Assembly: GCA_017550315.1 (NCBI GenBank)
Contig: JAFZPN010000058.1
Span: 4,793 to 68,792, forward strand
Reading direction: 5' to 3'
Length of the DNA stretch: 64,000 nucleotides
Source: Clostridia bacterium
GTDB taxonomy: Bacteria > Bacillota > Clostridia > Oscillospirales > CAG-272
Below are positions 45,038 to 54,594 of this stretch, in pieces. The notes under the pieces are model-generated. The model made no database searches and was not told where the DNA came from. It saw only the letters and a list, made by a program, of their open reading frames with translations. The position numbers were made by a program, and so were the translations under genes. Numbering within the stretch: the first letter of the stretch is position 1; each line of letters opens with the position of its first letter.

Positions 45038-46378
45038 ATGAAAAGAGGGTTTTGCTTTCTGCTTGCTCTTTTCTCCTTCTTCTGCGTACTTTTGTGCCTT
45101 GCTTCGTGCGGTGCGCATCAGGCGAAAGAGGACACGAAGGTGCCGGATGCGAGTCCGGTTCAGGAAGAGACAGAACCGGAAGCAAAAGAAACGGAACAGG
45201 AACAGGATTCGGATTTGGAGGATACCATGCCGGAAATCGAATGGACGGAAAACGAAAACGAAAACAATGCGGAGGGCCCGACGGAACAGACCGTCGGATC
45301 CGATGCGCCCGTTCCCGAAGCCGGAGGGACGGTCGAACTCTATCAGCTCGCGCCGGAGAACCAGAGCCTACTGATGTCCTACGTCATCGTGACTCCCTCC
45401 AAAAAAGTCGTCGTGATCGACGGCGGGACCGACGGTTACGGGAAAAATTCCCCGTCCTATCTGCCGAGCGCGATCCGGGCGATCCTCGGCCTCGGACAGA
45501 AGGACTACTTTGAGGTGGAGGCATGGTTCTTCTCGCACATGCATAACGATCATTACTATGAACTGGCAAAAATGCTGAGGCGGTATAAAGAGTCGGATAA
45601 TTATAGGATCAACAACCTCTACTTTGATTTTCCCGATTACGGCGTCGAATGGAAGAGCAGAGCGGGGGACAGTGACTTCGAGAAGGTGAATTTCGACATC
45701 CTCGTCAAGGGTGTGGATCACTATTATGAAACCGTCGGATTCACGGGCATTGAAGGGGCGGACATCCCACAAGACCGGTGGACGGCGCCGGAGGGGAGCG
45801 AGGGGTATTATTACGATCTCGTCAACGGCGCGGTCATCAACGAGGAAGCGGTCGAGGAGGGGTTGACGATCCGTGTGGACGGCGTGGATTTCCGCATCCT
45901 GATGACGTGGTGGCCCGGCGCTTCCACCGTCAACAACACCTCCGTGATTATCCGGATGGAGTATCAGGACAACAGCGTGCTTTTCCTCGGCGACTGCGGG
46001 GAAGAAGAGGGCAGACGTCTGCTCGAAGTCCGCTCTGCCGAGGAAGTGAAATCCGACTATATCCAGCTCGGCCATCACGGACAGGGCGGGCCGGATCAGG
46101 CCTTCTACGATGCGATCGACGCGAAGAACGCGATCCGGCTGTGGCCGACCCCGGAGTGGGTGTGGAACAACGCGCAGTCATACGCGATCGGCAAAACGCG
46201 CTCCTGGATGGGCCTTCCCTACGAAGCGGCGGATTTCAAAAAAGAGAAGTGTTTTGACACGGGAAAGGATTTTGTGGCCGGCTGCTATAAGAATTATCCC
46301 AAACAGAGCACGAAGGTGGAAAGCTGGACGGAAAGGATTCTGTCGGAACAGCGCGTCGCCGTCTTCGGCAATCCGTGA
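45038..46378 (+). CDS. MBL-fold metallo-hydrolase lipoprotein with acidic linker
   Basis: AAAGGAG RBS plus ATG 45038. Lipobox LASC. Glu/Asp-rich linker. The HxHxDH motif (FSHMHNDH) lies in an MBL-like body. Confidence 0.8.
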   Translation: MKRGFCFLLALFSFFCVLLCLASCGAHQAKEDTKVPDASPVQEETEPEAKETEQEQDSDLEDTMPEIEWTENENENNAEGPTEQTVGSDAPVPEAGGTVELYQLAPENQSLLMSYVIVTPSKKVVVIDGGTDGYGKNSPSYLPSAIRAILGLGQKDYFEVEAWFFSHMHNDHYYELAKMLRRYKESDNYRINNLYFDFPDYGVEWKSRAGDSDFEKVNFDILVKGVDHYYETVGFTGIEGADIPQDRWTAPEGSEGYYYDLVNGAVINEEAVEEGLTIRVDGVDFRILMTWWPGASTVNNTSVIIRMEYQDNSVLFLGDCGEEEGRRLLEVRSAEEVKSDYIQLGHHGQGGPDQAFYDAIDAKNAIRLWPTPEWVWNNAQSYAIGKTRSWMGLPYEAADFKKEKCFDTGKDFVAGCYKNYPKQSTKVESWTERILSEQRVAVFGNP

Positions 46379-46489
46379 GGCACGGAGGAGGCATTCCCGG
46401 AGAGGGATGCACGGTGAAGTCCCCCGCTTTAGACGGAAGCATTACGGCAATTCGACAATTCTCTCCTATCACCGGGAACGCATAAAAAG

Positions 46490-46526
46490 AACCTTTCCGA
46501 AGCCATTGACCTCGGAAAGGTTTTTC
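46490..46526. terminator. rho-independent terminator between convergent genes
   Basis: Stem AACCTTTCCGA / TCGGAAAGGTT followed by TTTCGCTG. Confidence 0.7.
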
Positions 46527-46570
46527 GCTGCATCCGACGGGGGTGCGATCCGATATTCAAGTCGTCCGTG

Positions 46571-47041
46571 TCAGTCATGGATGCCCCATCTTTCATCCAC
46601 CTTGATCAGCAGGTCCCGGATGTTTTCTCTGTGCCGAGAAACGACCTCCTCGTCCGCCTTCGACAGGGCGTTGCCTTCGGAATCGATGTAAACCGAATAC
46701 CCCGAGCCGTCTTCGTCGTAAAGGAGGACGCCGTATTCATATTTTCCGCCTGCCTTCGGCCATAATATCAAAGCATCCGTGAAAAAGTTCTCATCCGTGG
46801 AGGGAAGCCCCACCGACAGATTGCCGGTAAAGGAGAGATAATCCGGATACTTGACCAGATAGTCGTACCGATCGGCGTCCGTGTCAATATAATGCGGCGT
46901 AAGGAAATTGCTGAAATCCGTTACCTCCATGCCGTCGGAGAACGCCCCGTATGTGAAATGGGACCATGCAAACCACAGAACATTGTAGAGTGCAAACAGA
47001 GCTGCCGCAGCCAGGACGATCGTTAGGATTTTTCTTTTCAT
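46571..47041 (-). CDS. hypothetical N-terminally membrane-anchored protein (156 aa)
   Basis: GGAGG RBS. N-terminal TM MKRKILTIVLAAAALFALYNVLWFAW. AT-richer than the surroundings. I recognise no family. Confidence 0.55.
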   Translation of the reverse strand: MKRKILTIVLAAAALFALYNVLWFAWSHFTYGAFSDGMEVTDFSNFLTPHYIDTDADRYDYLVKYPDYLSFTGNLSVGLPSTDENFFTDALILWPKAGGKYEYGVLLYDEDGSGYSVYIDSEGNALSKADEEVVSRHRENIRDLLIKVDERWGIHD

Positions 47042-47436
47042 GGGAAATAAACCTCCGTCAGCACCTTCCGGTGGATGCCTCCAGTATAGCAGAGATGACC
47101 TTAAAAAGAAAGGGGCAAAACGCTTAAGATTTCTTTAAGATTATTTTGCATTGGAAGCGCGGGAACGTCAAGCGGAAATAAGCGCCTCTTCCCCGGCTCC
47201 GCCCCAGACCGCGCCCCGGCCGCCCTGATCCGGCAAGGCCTCTCCGCTTTCGTTTGACTTCATCGAGATTTTTCGCGGGCGGTTTTTGGCCTGCTCCCCG
47301 CTATTCTATCACAGATTCCCCTTCCTGTCAACCTTGGCCGGACGGTCGTATTGTCGTGTCAAAAACGGTTCCCTGGATCAAAGCCGCGGATCGAGCCGGG
47401 AGGCAGGACAGCTTTCTGCATTTTTCGCACCGGCCC

Positions 47437-47465
47437 TTGTATTCCGTGTTTCCGTATGGTATAAT
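47437..47465 (+). promoter_or_regulatory. extended -10 promoter of the second SLH gene
   Basis: -35 TTGTAT (47437-47442), 17-nt spacer, TGGTATAAT (47457-47465). Confidence 0.6.
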
Positions 47466-47571
47466 GAAATATCAATTTTTGATGCGGATGCGGTTCTCCC
47501 GCCTCGGCAAGACTTCGACCGCGCGGATCCGGCAGGACAACGGCGCGCGGATCGCGGTAGGGGGACAAATC

Positions 47572-48545
47572 ATGAAAATAACGAAAAAAATACCCTGTCC
47601 GTTCTGCTCCTCTGCCTGGTTCTCGTTCTGACGGCGGTCCGGGCGGGGGCGGAATCCGGTTTCACCGTCGACGGGCAGCACCCCGGCATGGCGCTCGATC
47701 CCGGCGAGAACGGCGTGCGGGCGACCGTCCCCTTCACGGTGAAGGGAAAGCAATACCTCCTCAGGCTCATCGGCGAAGACGGCGCGCTCCTCTGGATCGG
47801 ACAGCAGGAGGGCGGCGGGCAGCTTGTCTTTGACGTCTCCTTTGTTCCCCTCCCGGAGCACGCGGCGAGTTTTGAGCTGATCCTCTCGAGCGACGCGGAG
47901 CGGTTCGCGCCCGTGGTCATTCCGCTGTCCTATGTCCCGGAATCCACGGTTTCCGATCCGGCGGACGACGGCTGTTCCCGGGATGCCTCCTGCATCCTGC
48001 GGCGTTTCTCCGATCTCGACCCGGCGGCATGGTATCACGACGGGATCCACGCGGTCCTGGAAGGCGGCATCATGAACGGCTACGAAGACGGCACCTTCCG
48101 CCCGGACAGCACAACCAGCCGCGCGATGATCGTCACGATGCTCTGGCGGATGGAAAGACAGCCGCAGGTCCGGTATGATCTGCGGTTCGCCGATGTCCCG
48201 GACGGGGCTTGGTATACGGAAGCCGTTCGATGGGCGGTGTCCGCCGGGATCGTCAGCGGGTACGACGCATCCTCCTTCGGCCCGAACGACGGCGTGACGC
48301 GGGAACAGCTCGCCGCGATCCTGTACCGGTATGCATCTTCCCGCGGGGATGTATCGTTTTCCGGGAAGGGGGATCCCCTCGACCGTTTCGGCGATGCCGG
48401 TCAGATCTCTCCGTGGGCGCTCGACGCCATGCGCTGGGCAGTCGGAAGAGGACTGATCAACGGGACGGGGGGCGGGAAGCTCTCGCCCCGGGACCATGCT
48501 TCCCGCGCGCAGGTCGCCGCGGTGCTTGCCAGATTCTCTTCATAG
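47572..48545 (+). pseudogene. SLH-domain surface protein whose start codon and signal-peptide N-region are out of frame with the body at an A7 tract (frameshift, phase variation or assembly error)
   Basis: AGGGGGA RBS plus ATG 47572 gives MKITKK, then the A7 run at 47584-47590. With 8 A the frame would read MKITKKNTLSVLLLCLVLVLTAVRAGAES and continue into the 47286-48545 frame. That frame carries three C-terminal SLH units (FSDLDPAAWYHDGIHAVLEGGIMNGYEDGTFRP; FADVPDGAWYTEAVRWAVSAGIVSGY; FGDAGQISPWALDAMRWAVGRGLINGT). Confidence 0.6.
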
Positions 48546-48609
48546 CGCGGACAGGATCGGGAAGGCTCTTCTTTCGCCCATCGCCGGTTCATATCCGCTT
48601 ACCCGATGC

Positions 48610-48660
48610 AAAAGACCGCTTGAACTTTGCGTTTCAGCGGTCTTTTGATATTTCGTTTTC
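48610..48660. terminator. rho-independent terminator between convergent genes
   Basis: Stem AAAAGACCGCT / AGCGGTCTTTT followed by GATATTTCGTTTTC. Confidence 0.7.
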
Positions 48661-48744
48661 GGGCCTTTTTGTCTTCTGCGCGGGCGTTCTTTCCTACCAT
48701 GCCGGGGGAAGCGATCCGGATCACGCGCCCGCACGAACCGGCAT

Positions 48745-49185
48745 CTATCGGATAATTTTCAGGTAGAGAAATACCTCGTTTCCGTTTCTGTTTGTATACG
48801 TATAGCTGTCCTTCTCAAAGCCCAGCGCTTCATGGAGCCGGATGCTGGCGCTGTTATCGGTCCTGACCTGCTGGAGGACGATTTCAAATCCTCTTTCCCC
48901 GGCGATCCTCATCGCTTCCGTCATCGCGGCTTTGGCAAACCCGCGGCGCCGGAACTCTTCAAAGATTTCGGGACCGATGGATACGATGGTTTGGGAATGC
49001 CCGTACAGAGAGACGGTCCCGACGACGGTGTCGTCGCCTTGCACGGCAAACATTTCAAAATAAGATCCCTGATAGGAACCGGCGTTCCATTCGGCGAGGA
49101 GGGACTCCGCCTTTTCCGCCGGGAGGTGAAATCTCGATGCGATCCATTCGCTGTCTGAGAGCCCGCACTTCCGCAGACTGATCAT
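48745..49185 (-). CDS. GNAT-family N-acetyltransferase
   Basis: Start moved to ATG 49185 (AAGGAGG 10 nt upstream). GNAT motif A region IFEEFRRRGFAKAAMTEAMRIAGERGFEIVLQQVRTDNSASIRLHEALGF. Confidence 0.75.
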   Translation of the reverse strand: MISLRKCGLSDSEWIASRFHLPAEKAESLLAEWNAGSYQGSYFEMFAVQGDDTVVGTVSLYGHSQTIVSIGPEIFEEFRRRGFAKAAMTEAMRIAGERGFEIVLQQVRTDNSASIRLHEALGFEKDSYTYTNRNGNEVFLYLKIIR

Positions 49186-49243
49186 CCCTATCACGCCTCC
49201 TTCGCCGAAAAATGCCGTGTCCCGACAGGATCGATGCCGGGAT

Positions 49244-50614
49244 TTACAGCTTCGTTCCGCAGCTCGAACAGAATTTCGCGCCGTTCGTCGGCGTGCCGCA
49301 GTTCGGGCAGAATTTCGGGGTGGAATCGGCGGGCTTCTGCGCGCTGTCTTCCGGTCCCTTCTGTGCGAGAGCTGCTTCGGCCTCTTTCTGCGCCGCTTCC
49401 AGACGCTTTGCGTAATCCGCGGGAGTCATCGCGGCCATGGCTTTTTGTTTTTCGAGCAGTTCGATTTTCTTGCGGGCGCTCTCTCCCGGCTCGATCTGCA
49501 GGGTCGGGAAATCCGTCAGACGAATATTCATGGCGGCGAACGAGGACTCGCAGACCCGGCGCAGTCTGTCAGCCTGCGCGGAGAGATCCCGGTAGGAGCA
49601 CCGTTCCGCCGCGATGGCCAGGATCTCCCGGGTGAGTGTGGTCTGGGCGACGGTCTTGACGTTGTCCGCCCCGAGCTCGCTGTCCGCGGAGAGCGCGGCG
49701 GTGACATCCAGATCGATCACGCCGCAGTCGGGATCCATGTAGGCAATCGGGAACCGGATCTGGATCGCAGGCGCGGACGGCCGGGCCGTTTTCATCTGTT
49801 TGACGGTCTCGAGGATCTCCTGCGTCATCAGCAGATAATACCCGTAGCGTTCGATCCCTTCCCGGTTCCGGAGGCTGCATTTGAAGCCGTAGGAGTAATC
49901 GGGCATGGCATACGGATTGCGGGTCAGAACGTCTTTCAGGGAGTTATTGTTGTAGATCTTCTCCGTTTTCGTCACGTCGCGGATCGGCAGATCGAGCAGG
50001 TACTCGGCGAGCCGCAGCCCGATCTTGTTCCGGAGGCGTTCTCCCTCGTTCGGGATCTGGACGGCGTTGTTGTTGAGCTGGACCCGCATCGAGGGGATGT
50101 ACGGGTGATCCAGCTTGATCACCGCGTAAAACATATACATATACGTGATATGCTTCGGGTTATAGCTGACCTGCTGTCCGTTCACCGTCTGCTTTTCTTC
50201 GTGCTGCGTCTGGACGACATCGATGTCCACGTCCGTCACCTGATCGAAGCGCACCACGTCCGGATTGCGGTCGAGGATCTGCCCGATGTCCGTGATTTCC
50301 TTTCTCTCGCCGAAGAGCGACGTCGCGCTGTCCTCGATCGCGGTGAACACCCGCGCGTCCTCGTCGATGACGATGGCGCCGAACTCGCCGAAGCACTTGG
50401 TCGTCTTGAAAGCGGCCAGGCGCTTCTTGTTTTCCTCCCGGTCCGCGAGCTGCGCGCGGATGGATTCCTCCGAGGCGGATTTGTAATCCGAGAACCACGG
50501 CGACAGTTTTTTCGCGCAGTCCTTGCACAGATTGCCGTCCGAAAGCTTGTGGCCTCCGAGCAGCCCGATCTTGGCCCCGCACACGGAGCAGTTTTTCTTC
50601 TCGAACAGTGCCAT
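49244..50614 (-). CDS. hypothetical protein with N-terminal and C-terminal zinc ribbons (DUF4428-like)
   Basis: AGGGAGG RBS. N-terminus CSVCG...CKDC. C-terminus FCPNCGTPTNGAKFCSSCG. I did not recognise the central domain of about 300 aa. Confidence 0.7.
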   Translation of the reverse strand: MALFEKKNCSVCGAKIGLLGGHKLSDGNLCKDCAKKLSPWFSDYKSASEESIRAQLADREENKKRLAAFKTTKCFGEFGAIVIDEDARVFTAIEDSATSLFGERKEITDIGQILDRNPDVVRFDQVTDVDIDVVQTQHEEKQTVNGQQVSYNPKHITYMYMFYAVIKLDHPYIPSMRVQLNNNAVQIPNEGERLRNKIGLRLAEYLLDLPIRDVTKTEKIYNNNSLKDVLTRNPYAMPDYSYGFKCSLRNREGIERYGYYLLMTQEILETVKQMKTARPSAPAIQIRFPIAYMDPDCGVIDLDVTAALSADSELGADNVKTVAQTTLTREILAIAAERCSYRDLSAQADRLRRVCESSFAAMNIRLTDFPTLQIEPGESARKKIELLEKQKAMAAMTPADYAKRLEAAQKEAEAALAQKGPEDSAQKPADSTPKFCPNCGTPTNGAKFCSSCGTKL

Positions 50615-50677
50615 TTTGTTGCCTCCCTATATGTATTTACACGGATTAAATGGTCGATTTATGCGGTCTTTCCGGGC

Positions 50678-51241
50678 TCATCCCTTCGCCGACCACACGT
50701 AGAAGGCGTAGGTCACCTCGGCTTTGATCCCCGTGTTCACCCAGGCCGGCCAGAGGGCTTCCACGATCAGGACCCCGTCCTCGTCCGGCGCGGTGAAGAG
50801 GAAGACGTCGTCATGCGCGTCCTCGTCCCCGCTTTCCGGCTTGGAAAGCATGACTCTGTCGAGGAACCCGCCCTCCCCGTCTGCTTGGCAGAACGCCACA
50901 TTCACGATCCACGGGGCGTTGTTGTCCGCGAACGTGAAACGGATCGGCTCGCCGGGCTGCACGATCAGCGGGTCGTATTCGATGCTCAGGGGATCCGGGC
51001 CCTCTTTTTCGCTTTTAACGTCGGTCTTGGTCTTCACCCAGTAATAGCTCAGCGCCTCCGCTGTTCTCTCTCCGGCCTCCGAAGAAAGCGTCAGCGCGGA
51101 CGGACCGTCGGGCACGTCGCCCGGAATGAACAGCTTGTCGCAGGATATGCAGGAAAGCAAAAGGGTCAGGATGAGGAGAAAGGCCGCCGGAATCCGCCCG
51201 CAGGATGAGCGGTTTGCGGCGCATGTTTTTTCGCTTTTCAT
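50678..51241 (-). CDS. hypothetical lipoprotein
   Basis: GGGGGA RBS. Signal peptide with lipobox LLSC (AAFLLILTLLLSCISC). Lies 64 nt upstream of the zinc-ribbon gene on the same strand. Confidence 0.6.
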   Translation of the reverse strand: MKSEKTCAANRSSCGRIPAAFLLILTLLLSCISCDKLFIPGDVPDGPSALTLSSEAGERTAEALSYYWVKTKTDVKSEKEGPDPLSIEYDPLIVQPGEPIRFTFADNNAPWIVNVAFCQADGEGGFLDRVMLSKPESGDEDAHDDVFLFTAPDEDGVLIVEALWPAWVNTGIKAEVTYAFYVWSAKG

Positions 51242-51526
51242 GATGTCCCCCGGTGAGAATGTCTTCGTGTTCGGCTGCTTCCGGAATCATTATAGCACAT
51301 CCGAAGTGGGAGTGCAACAGGTTTTTGCCGCTGAGGACGGATGTTCCGCATCCGCCCGCCGTGCCGAATCGCATTCCCTCGACCCTCATGCGGGCAGCGC
51401 GGGAATTTTTCAAAAAAAACAAACAGAAAATTCCGCGCGCGTTTACGTATATTTAAACCGAATCCGCCCGGAATATGGTATGATAATACAGGAATAAACT
51501 TTTTCGTATCAAATTCGGAGTATATC

Positions 51527-52642
51527 ATGAACCGTTCCGATCCGATGTCCGCGGTGATCCGGCCCTTCCGCACCCGGCTCGTCCTGTATGCGGCGATCCG
51601 CGCCCTCCTCACGGCGCTCACCGCGGGATGCTTCGCGTGGGGGGCAGCGGTCCTGATGGGCAAGATCCGGCAGACCGATGCGGGCTCCCTCCCGTGGACT
51701 GCCGCAGCCGCCGTCGCTGCAGCCGTCTTTTGCCTGGCGCTGATCGTGTTCTTCCCGAGCAGGAAGGAAACAGCCCGGCAGATCGACGCGCTCGGTTTGA
51801 AGGAGCGGGCGTCCACGATGCTCGCGCTGCGGAACGATCCGTCCGGGATCGCGTTTCTGCAGCGGAATGACGCCTTAAGAACGATCGACATGACCGGGAC
51901 GCGCGGCATGCGCACGGGGATCCGCCGGTTGTCCGTGATCCTCTTGCTCCTGGCGCTTCTGTTCGCCGCGGCATGCCGGCTTGTTCCCGCAGCGTGGTTT
52001 GCGCGGGCGGCCGATCCGCTCGACGAGGTGTGGGAACAGGTCCTCGAAATGCTCCGCGAAGAGGAAATCCGTCTCGAGGAGCGGGGCGAGGAGACGCTCG
52101 CCGGGGAGATGCAGGATCTGATCGAATCGCTCGAGGAGATGGACCGTGAAAACGTCCTGCGCGCGGTCGGGGAGATCAACGGAACGGAAGAGGCCGCGAA
52201 GGATGCTGCCCGGAATGGCGAGGCGGACCGCGGCGCGATGAAGGAAATGCTCGACGTCCTCGAAGAAGCCCGCCGCGCCCTGCTCGGGGAAGAGGAGGAA
52301 GAGGCGGCGGAAGAGGGCGAGGAAGGACAGATGCAGCCCGGCGGCGAGGGGGAAGAACGCATGCCCGGCATGGGCGAGGAAGGAGAGGACGGCATGCCGA
52401 TGCCGCAGGACGGGGAAGAGCGCGGCGATGAGAACGGCATGGGTCCCGGCAGCGGCGAACCGGGTATGGACGGCGTGTCCAGACAGACCGAGCCGGTCTA
52501 CGATCCGATCTCGGGATCGGTTCCCTACGGCGACGTCTTCTCGGCGTATTATTCGGAATATCTCCGCGATGCGGAGGACGGGGAGATCCCGTTTGAGGTA
52601 CAGGAGGCCGCGCGCGCGTATTTCGCCGGCCTGGATCAGTAA
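51527..52642 (+). CDS. membrane protein with long acidic Glu/Gly/Met-rich region, first gene of the MoxR operon
   Basis: Start ATG 51527. Three hydrophobic segments, then a coiled, highly acidic stretch (EEEEEAAEEGEEGQMQPGGEGEERMPGMGEEGEDGMPMPQDGEERGDENG). Confidence 0.6.
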   Translation: MNRSDPMSAVIRPFRTRLVLYAAIRALLTALTAGCFAWGAAVLMGKIRQTDAGSLPWTAAAAVAAAVFCLALIVFFPSRKETARQIDALGLKERASTMLALRNDPSGIAFLQRNDALRTIDMTGTRGMRTGIRRLSVILLLLALLFAAACRLVPAAWFARAADPLDEVWEQVLEMLREEEIRLEERGEETLAGEMQDLIESLEEMDRENVLRAVGEINGTEEAAKDAARNGEADRGAMKEMLDVLEEARRALLGEEEEEAAEEGEEGQMQPGGEGEERMPGMGEEGEDGMPMPQDGEERGDENGMGPGSGEPGMDGVSRQTEPVYDPISGSVPYGDVFSAYYSEYLRDAEDGEIPFEVQEAARAYFAGLDQ

Positions 52643-52670
52643 AGAAAAAAGGTCAAGATAAGGAGACAGG

Positions 52671-53684
52671 ATGAACAACACTCTCGAAATGAACGACCGG
52701 GTCGCGTTTTTCAGCGAGCGGTACGCTGCCGCGCGGGAACAGATCGCGCGGGACATCGTGGGACAGGAGGAGGTCATCGACGGCACGCTCATCGCCCTGA
52801 TCGCGGGGGGAAACGTGCTCCTCGAAGGCGTCCCGGGCGTCGGCAAGACCCGTCTTGTCCGCTCGGTGGGGAGAACGCTCGATCTGCTGTTCTCCCGGAT
52901 CCAGTTCACGCCGGACCTCATGCCCGCGGACGTGACCGGCACGAACATCATCGAAAAGGACGAAAAGGGCAACAACGTGCAGCGCTTCGTCGGCGGGCCG
53001 ATCTTCTCGAACATCATCCTCGCCGACGAGATCAACCGCGCGACGCCGAAGACCCAGTCCGCCCTGCTCGAAGCGATGCAGGAGCACCGCGTGACCGCCG
53101 GCGGACAGACGTGGATGCTGATGGAACCTTTCTTTGTCCTCGCGACACAGAATCCCATCGAGCAGGACGGCACCTACGCCCTCCCGGAAGCCCAGATGGA
53201 CCGCTTCATGTTCAAGCTCCTCATGACCTTCCCCTCGCCGGACGAACTCATGAAGATCGTATCGATCACACAGGAGACCGAACAGGAGCGCGCCGTGCAG
53301 GTGATGAACGGCGAAGAGCTTCTCGCGATGCGGGAGACGGCGAAGCAGATCCCCGTGATCGACGAAGTCCTGCGCTATGCGGTCCGGCTGGTCACGGCGA
53401 CGCATCCGGAGAGCCCCGAGGCGGCGGAAACGACCCGGCGCGAGATCCGGTTCGGCGCAAGCCCCCGCGCGGTGCAGGCCCTGATCACCGGCGGCAAGAT
53501 CCTCGCCCTGACCGAGGGCCGGTACAACGTCTCCTACGACGACATCAACGCGCTCGCCCTCCCCGTGCTCCGTCACCGCGTGAAGCTGACCTACGAGGCG
53601 CTGATGCAGAAGCGCACGCCGGATGACGTGATCCTTGCGCTGCTCGACGAGCTGAACGGCCGCAAGAAGACCCGCAGGGCGTGA
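52671..53684 (+). CDS. MoxR-family AAA+ ATPase
   Basis: AAGGAG RBS. Walker A GVPGVGKT and Walker B ILADEINRA. MoxR-typical FTPDLMPADVTG and NPIEQDGTYALPEAQMDRF. Confidence 0.9.
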   Translation: MNNTLEMNDRVAFFSERYAAAREQIARDIVGQEEVIDGTLIALIAGGNVLLEGVPGVGKTRLVRSVGRTLDLLFSRIQFTPDLMPADVTGTNIIEKDEKGNNVQRFVGGPIFSNIILADEINRATPKTQSALLEAMQEHRVTAGGQTWMLMEPFFVLATQNPIEQDGTYALPEAQMDRFMFKLLMTFPSPDELMKIVSITQETEQERAVQVMNGEELLAMRETAKQIPVIDEVLRYAVRLVTATHPESPEAAETTRREIRFGASPRAVQALITGGKILALTEGRYNVSYDDINALALPVLRHRVKLTYEALMQKRTPDDVILALLDELNGRKKTRRA

Positions 53685-53691
53685 GGGGAAC

Positions 53692-54594
53692 ATGGCAAAC
53701 CGACAACTGATTGACGACGGGACCGTCGCTCTGCTCGAGAGCCGCGATCTCAACATCCGCTCGCTCATGGCCGGGCTGTTCGGGGGAAACCGGCGGTCCG
53801 GGCACTTCGGCTCCTCCATGGAGTTTGCGGATTACCGCCCGTATACGCCGGGGGACGATCTGCGCCGCATCGACTGGAAGCTGTACGGGCGGCTCGATCA
53901 ATACTTCGTCAAGCTCTTCACCGACGAGCGGCGGCAGCATCACCGGATCTACATCGACGGTTCCGCCTCCATGGCATGGGGCGAGCCCGAAAAACACCTG
54001 ACCGCCCTGCGGCTGGCCGCTCTGATCGGTTATCTGGCGGTGAGCGGGACGGACCGGGTGACATGGTACGCCCTTGAGCGGACCGCCTGCCGGCGCGTGA
54101 CGGAGACGGTGTCCAACCGGGAGGCGTGGGTCCTCGGGCTCGAGCGGCTCGGCGAACTGCGCTGCGGCGGGGATACGCGGATGGATGTCTCCGTGATGCG
54201 CTGCACGGATCCGGGGTATCACGACGGGGTGAGCTTTTTGATCTCGGACTTTCTGACCGACCGGAACTGGAAGGGGGCCGTCGACTGGCTGCTCAGCCGG
54301 AAGCGGGAGGTCTGCCTGATCCAGGTCCTCTCGCCCGACGAGATCGGACCGGCGCTGAACGGCCGGCTGTTTTTGAACGATACGGAATCGGTCGGGGAAG
54401 ACGACGAGCGCAACCGCCGAATGGAGATCGGACGCGACCGGCTGCGCGCATACGCCGAGGCATTCCGCTGGCTCGAGGACGACATCCGGAGCTTCTGCGG
54501 CGCGCGCCGGGTGCGTTTTTTCATGACCTCCGCCGACGCGCCGATCAGCCGGATCCTGTATGACGGCGCGATCCGATCGGAGATGATGCAATGA
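53692..54594 (+). CDS. DUF58-family protein (MoxR partner)
   Basis: Hallmark motif GSSMEFADYRPYTPGDDLRRIDWKLYGR. Confidence 0.85.
   Translation: MANRQLIDDGTVALLESRDLNIRSLMAGLFGGNRRSGHFGSSMEFADYRPYTPGDDLRRIDWKLYGRLDQYFVKLFTDERRQHHRIYIDGSASMAWGEPEKHLTALRLAALIGYLAVSGTDRVTWYALERTACRRVTETVSNREAWVLGLERLGELRCGGDTRMDVSVMRCTDPGYHDGVSFLISDFLTDRNWKGAVDWLLSRKREVCLIQVLSPDEIGPALNGRLFLNDTESVGEDDERNRRMEIGRDRLRAYAEAFRWLEDDIRSFCGARRVRFFMTSADAPISRILYDGAIRSEMMQ

Noticed and set aside
47466-47571. Possible c-di-GMP (GEMM) riboswitch in the 5' UTR of the SLH gene, which has a direct repeat GCGCGGATC x2
   Set aside because: I could not find the conserved GEMM-I cores (GGCAAA / ACGCAAAGC) or a convincing two-hairpin architecture. 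This cannot be settled without a covariance-model scan.
47595-48545. CTG 47595 as an in-frame alternative start that would avoid invoking a frameshift in the SLH gene
   Set aside because: CTG is a rare initiator. The resulting N-terminus would lack the positively charged n-region, and the RBS is positioned for ATG 47572 instead.
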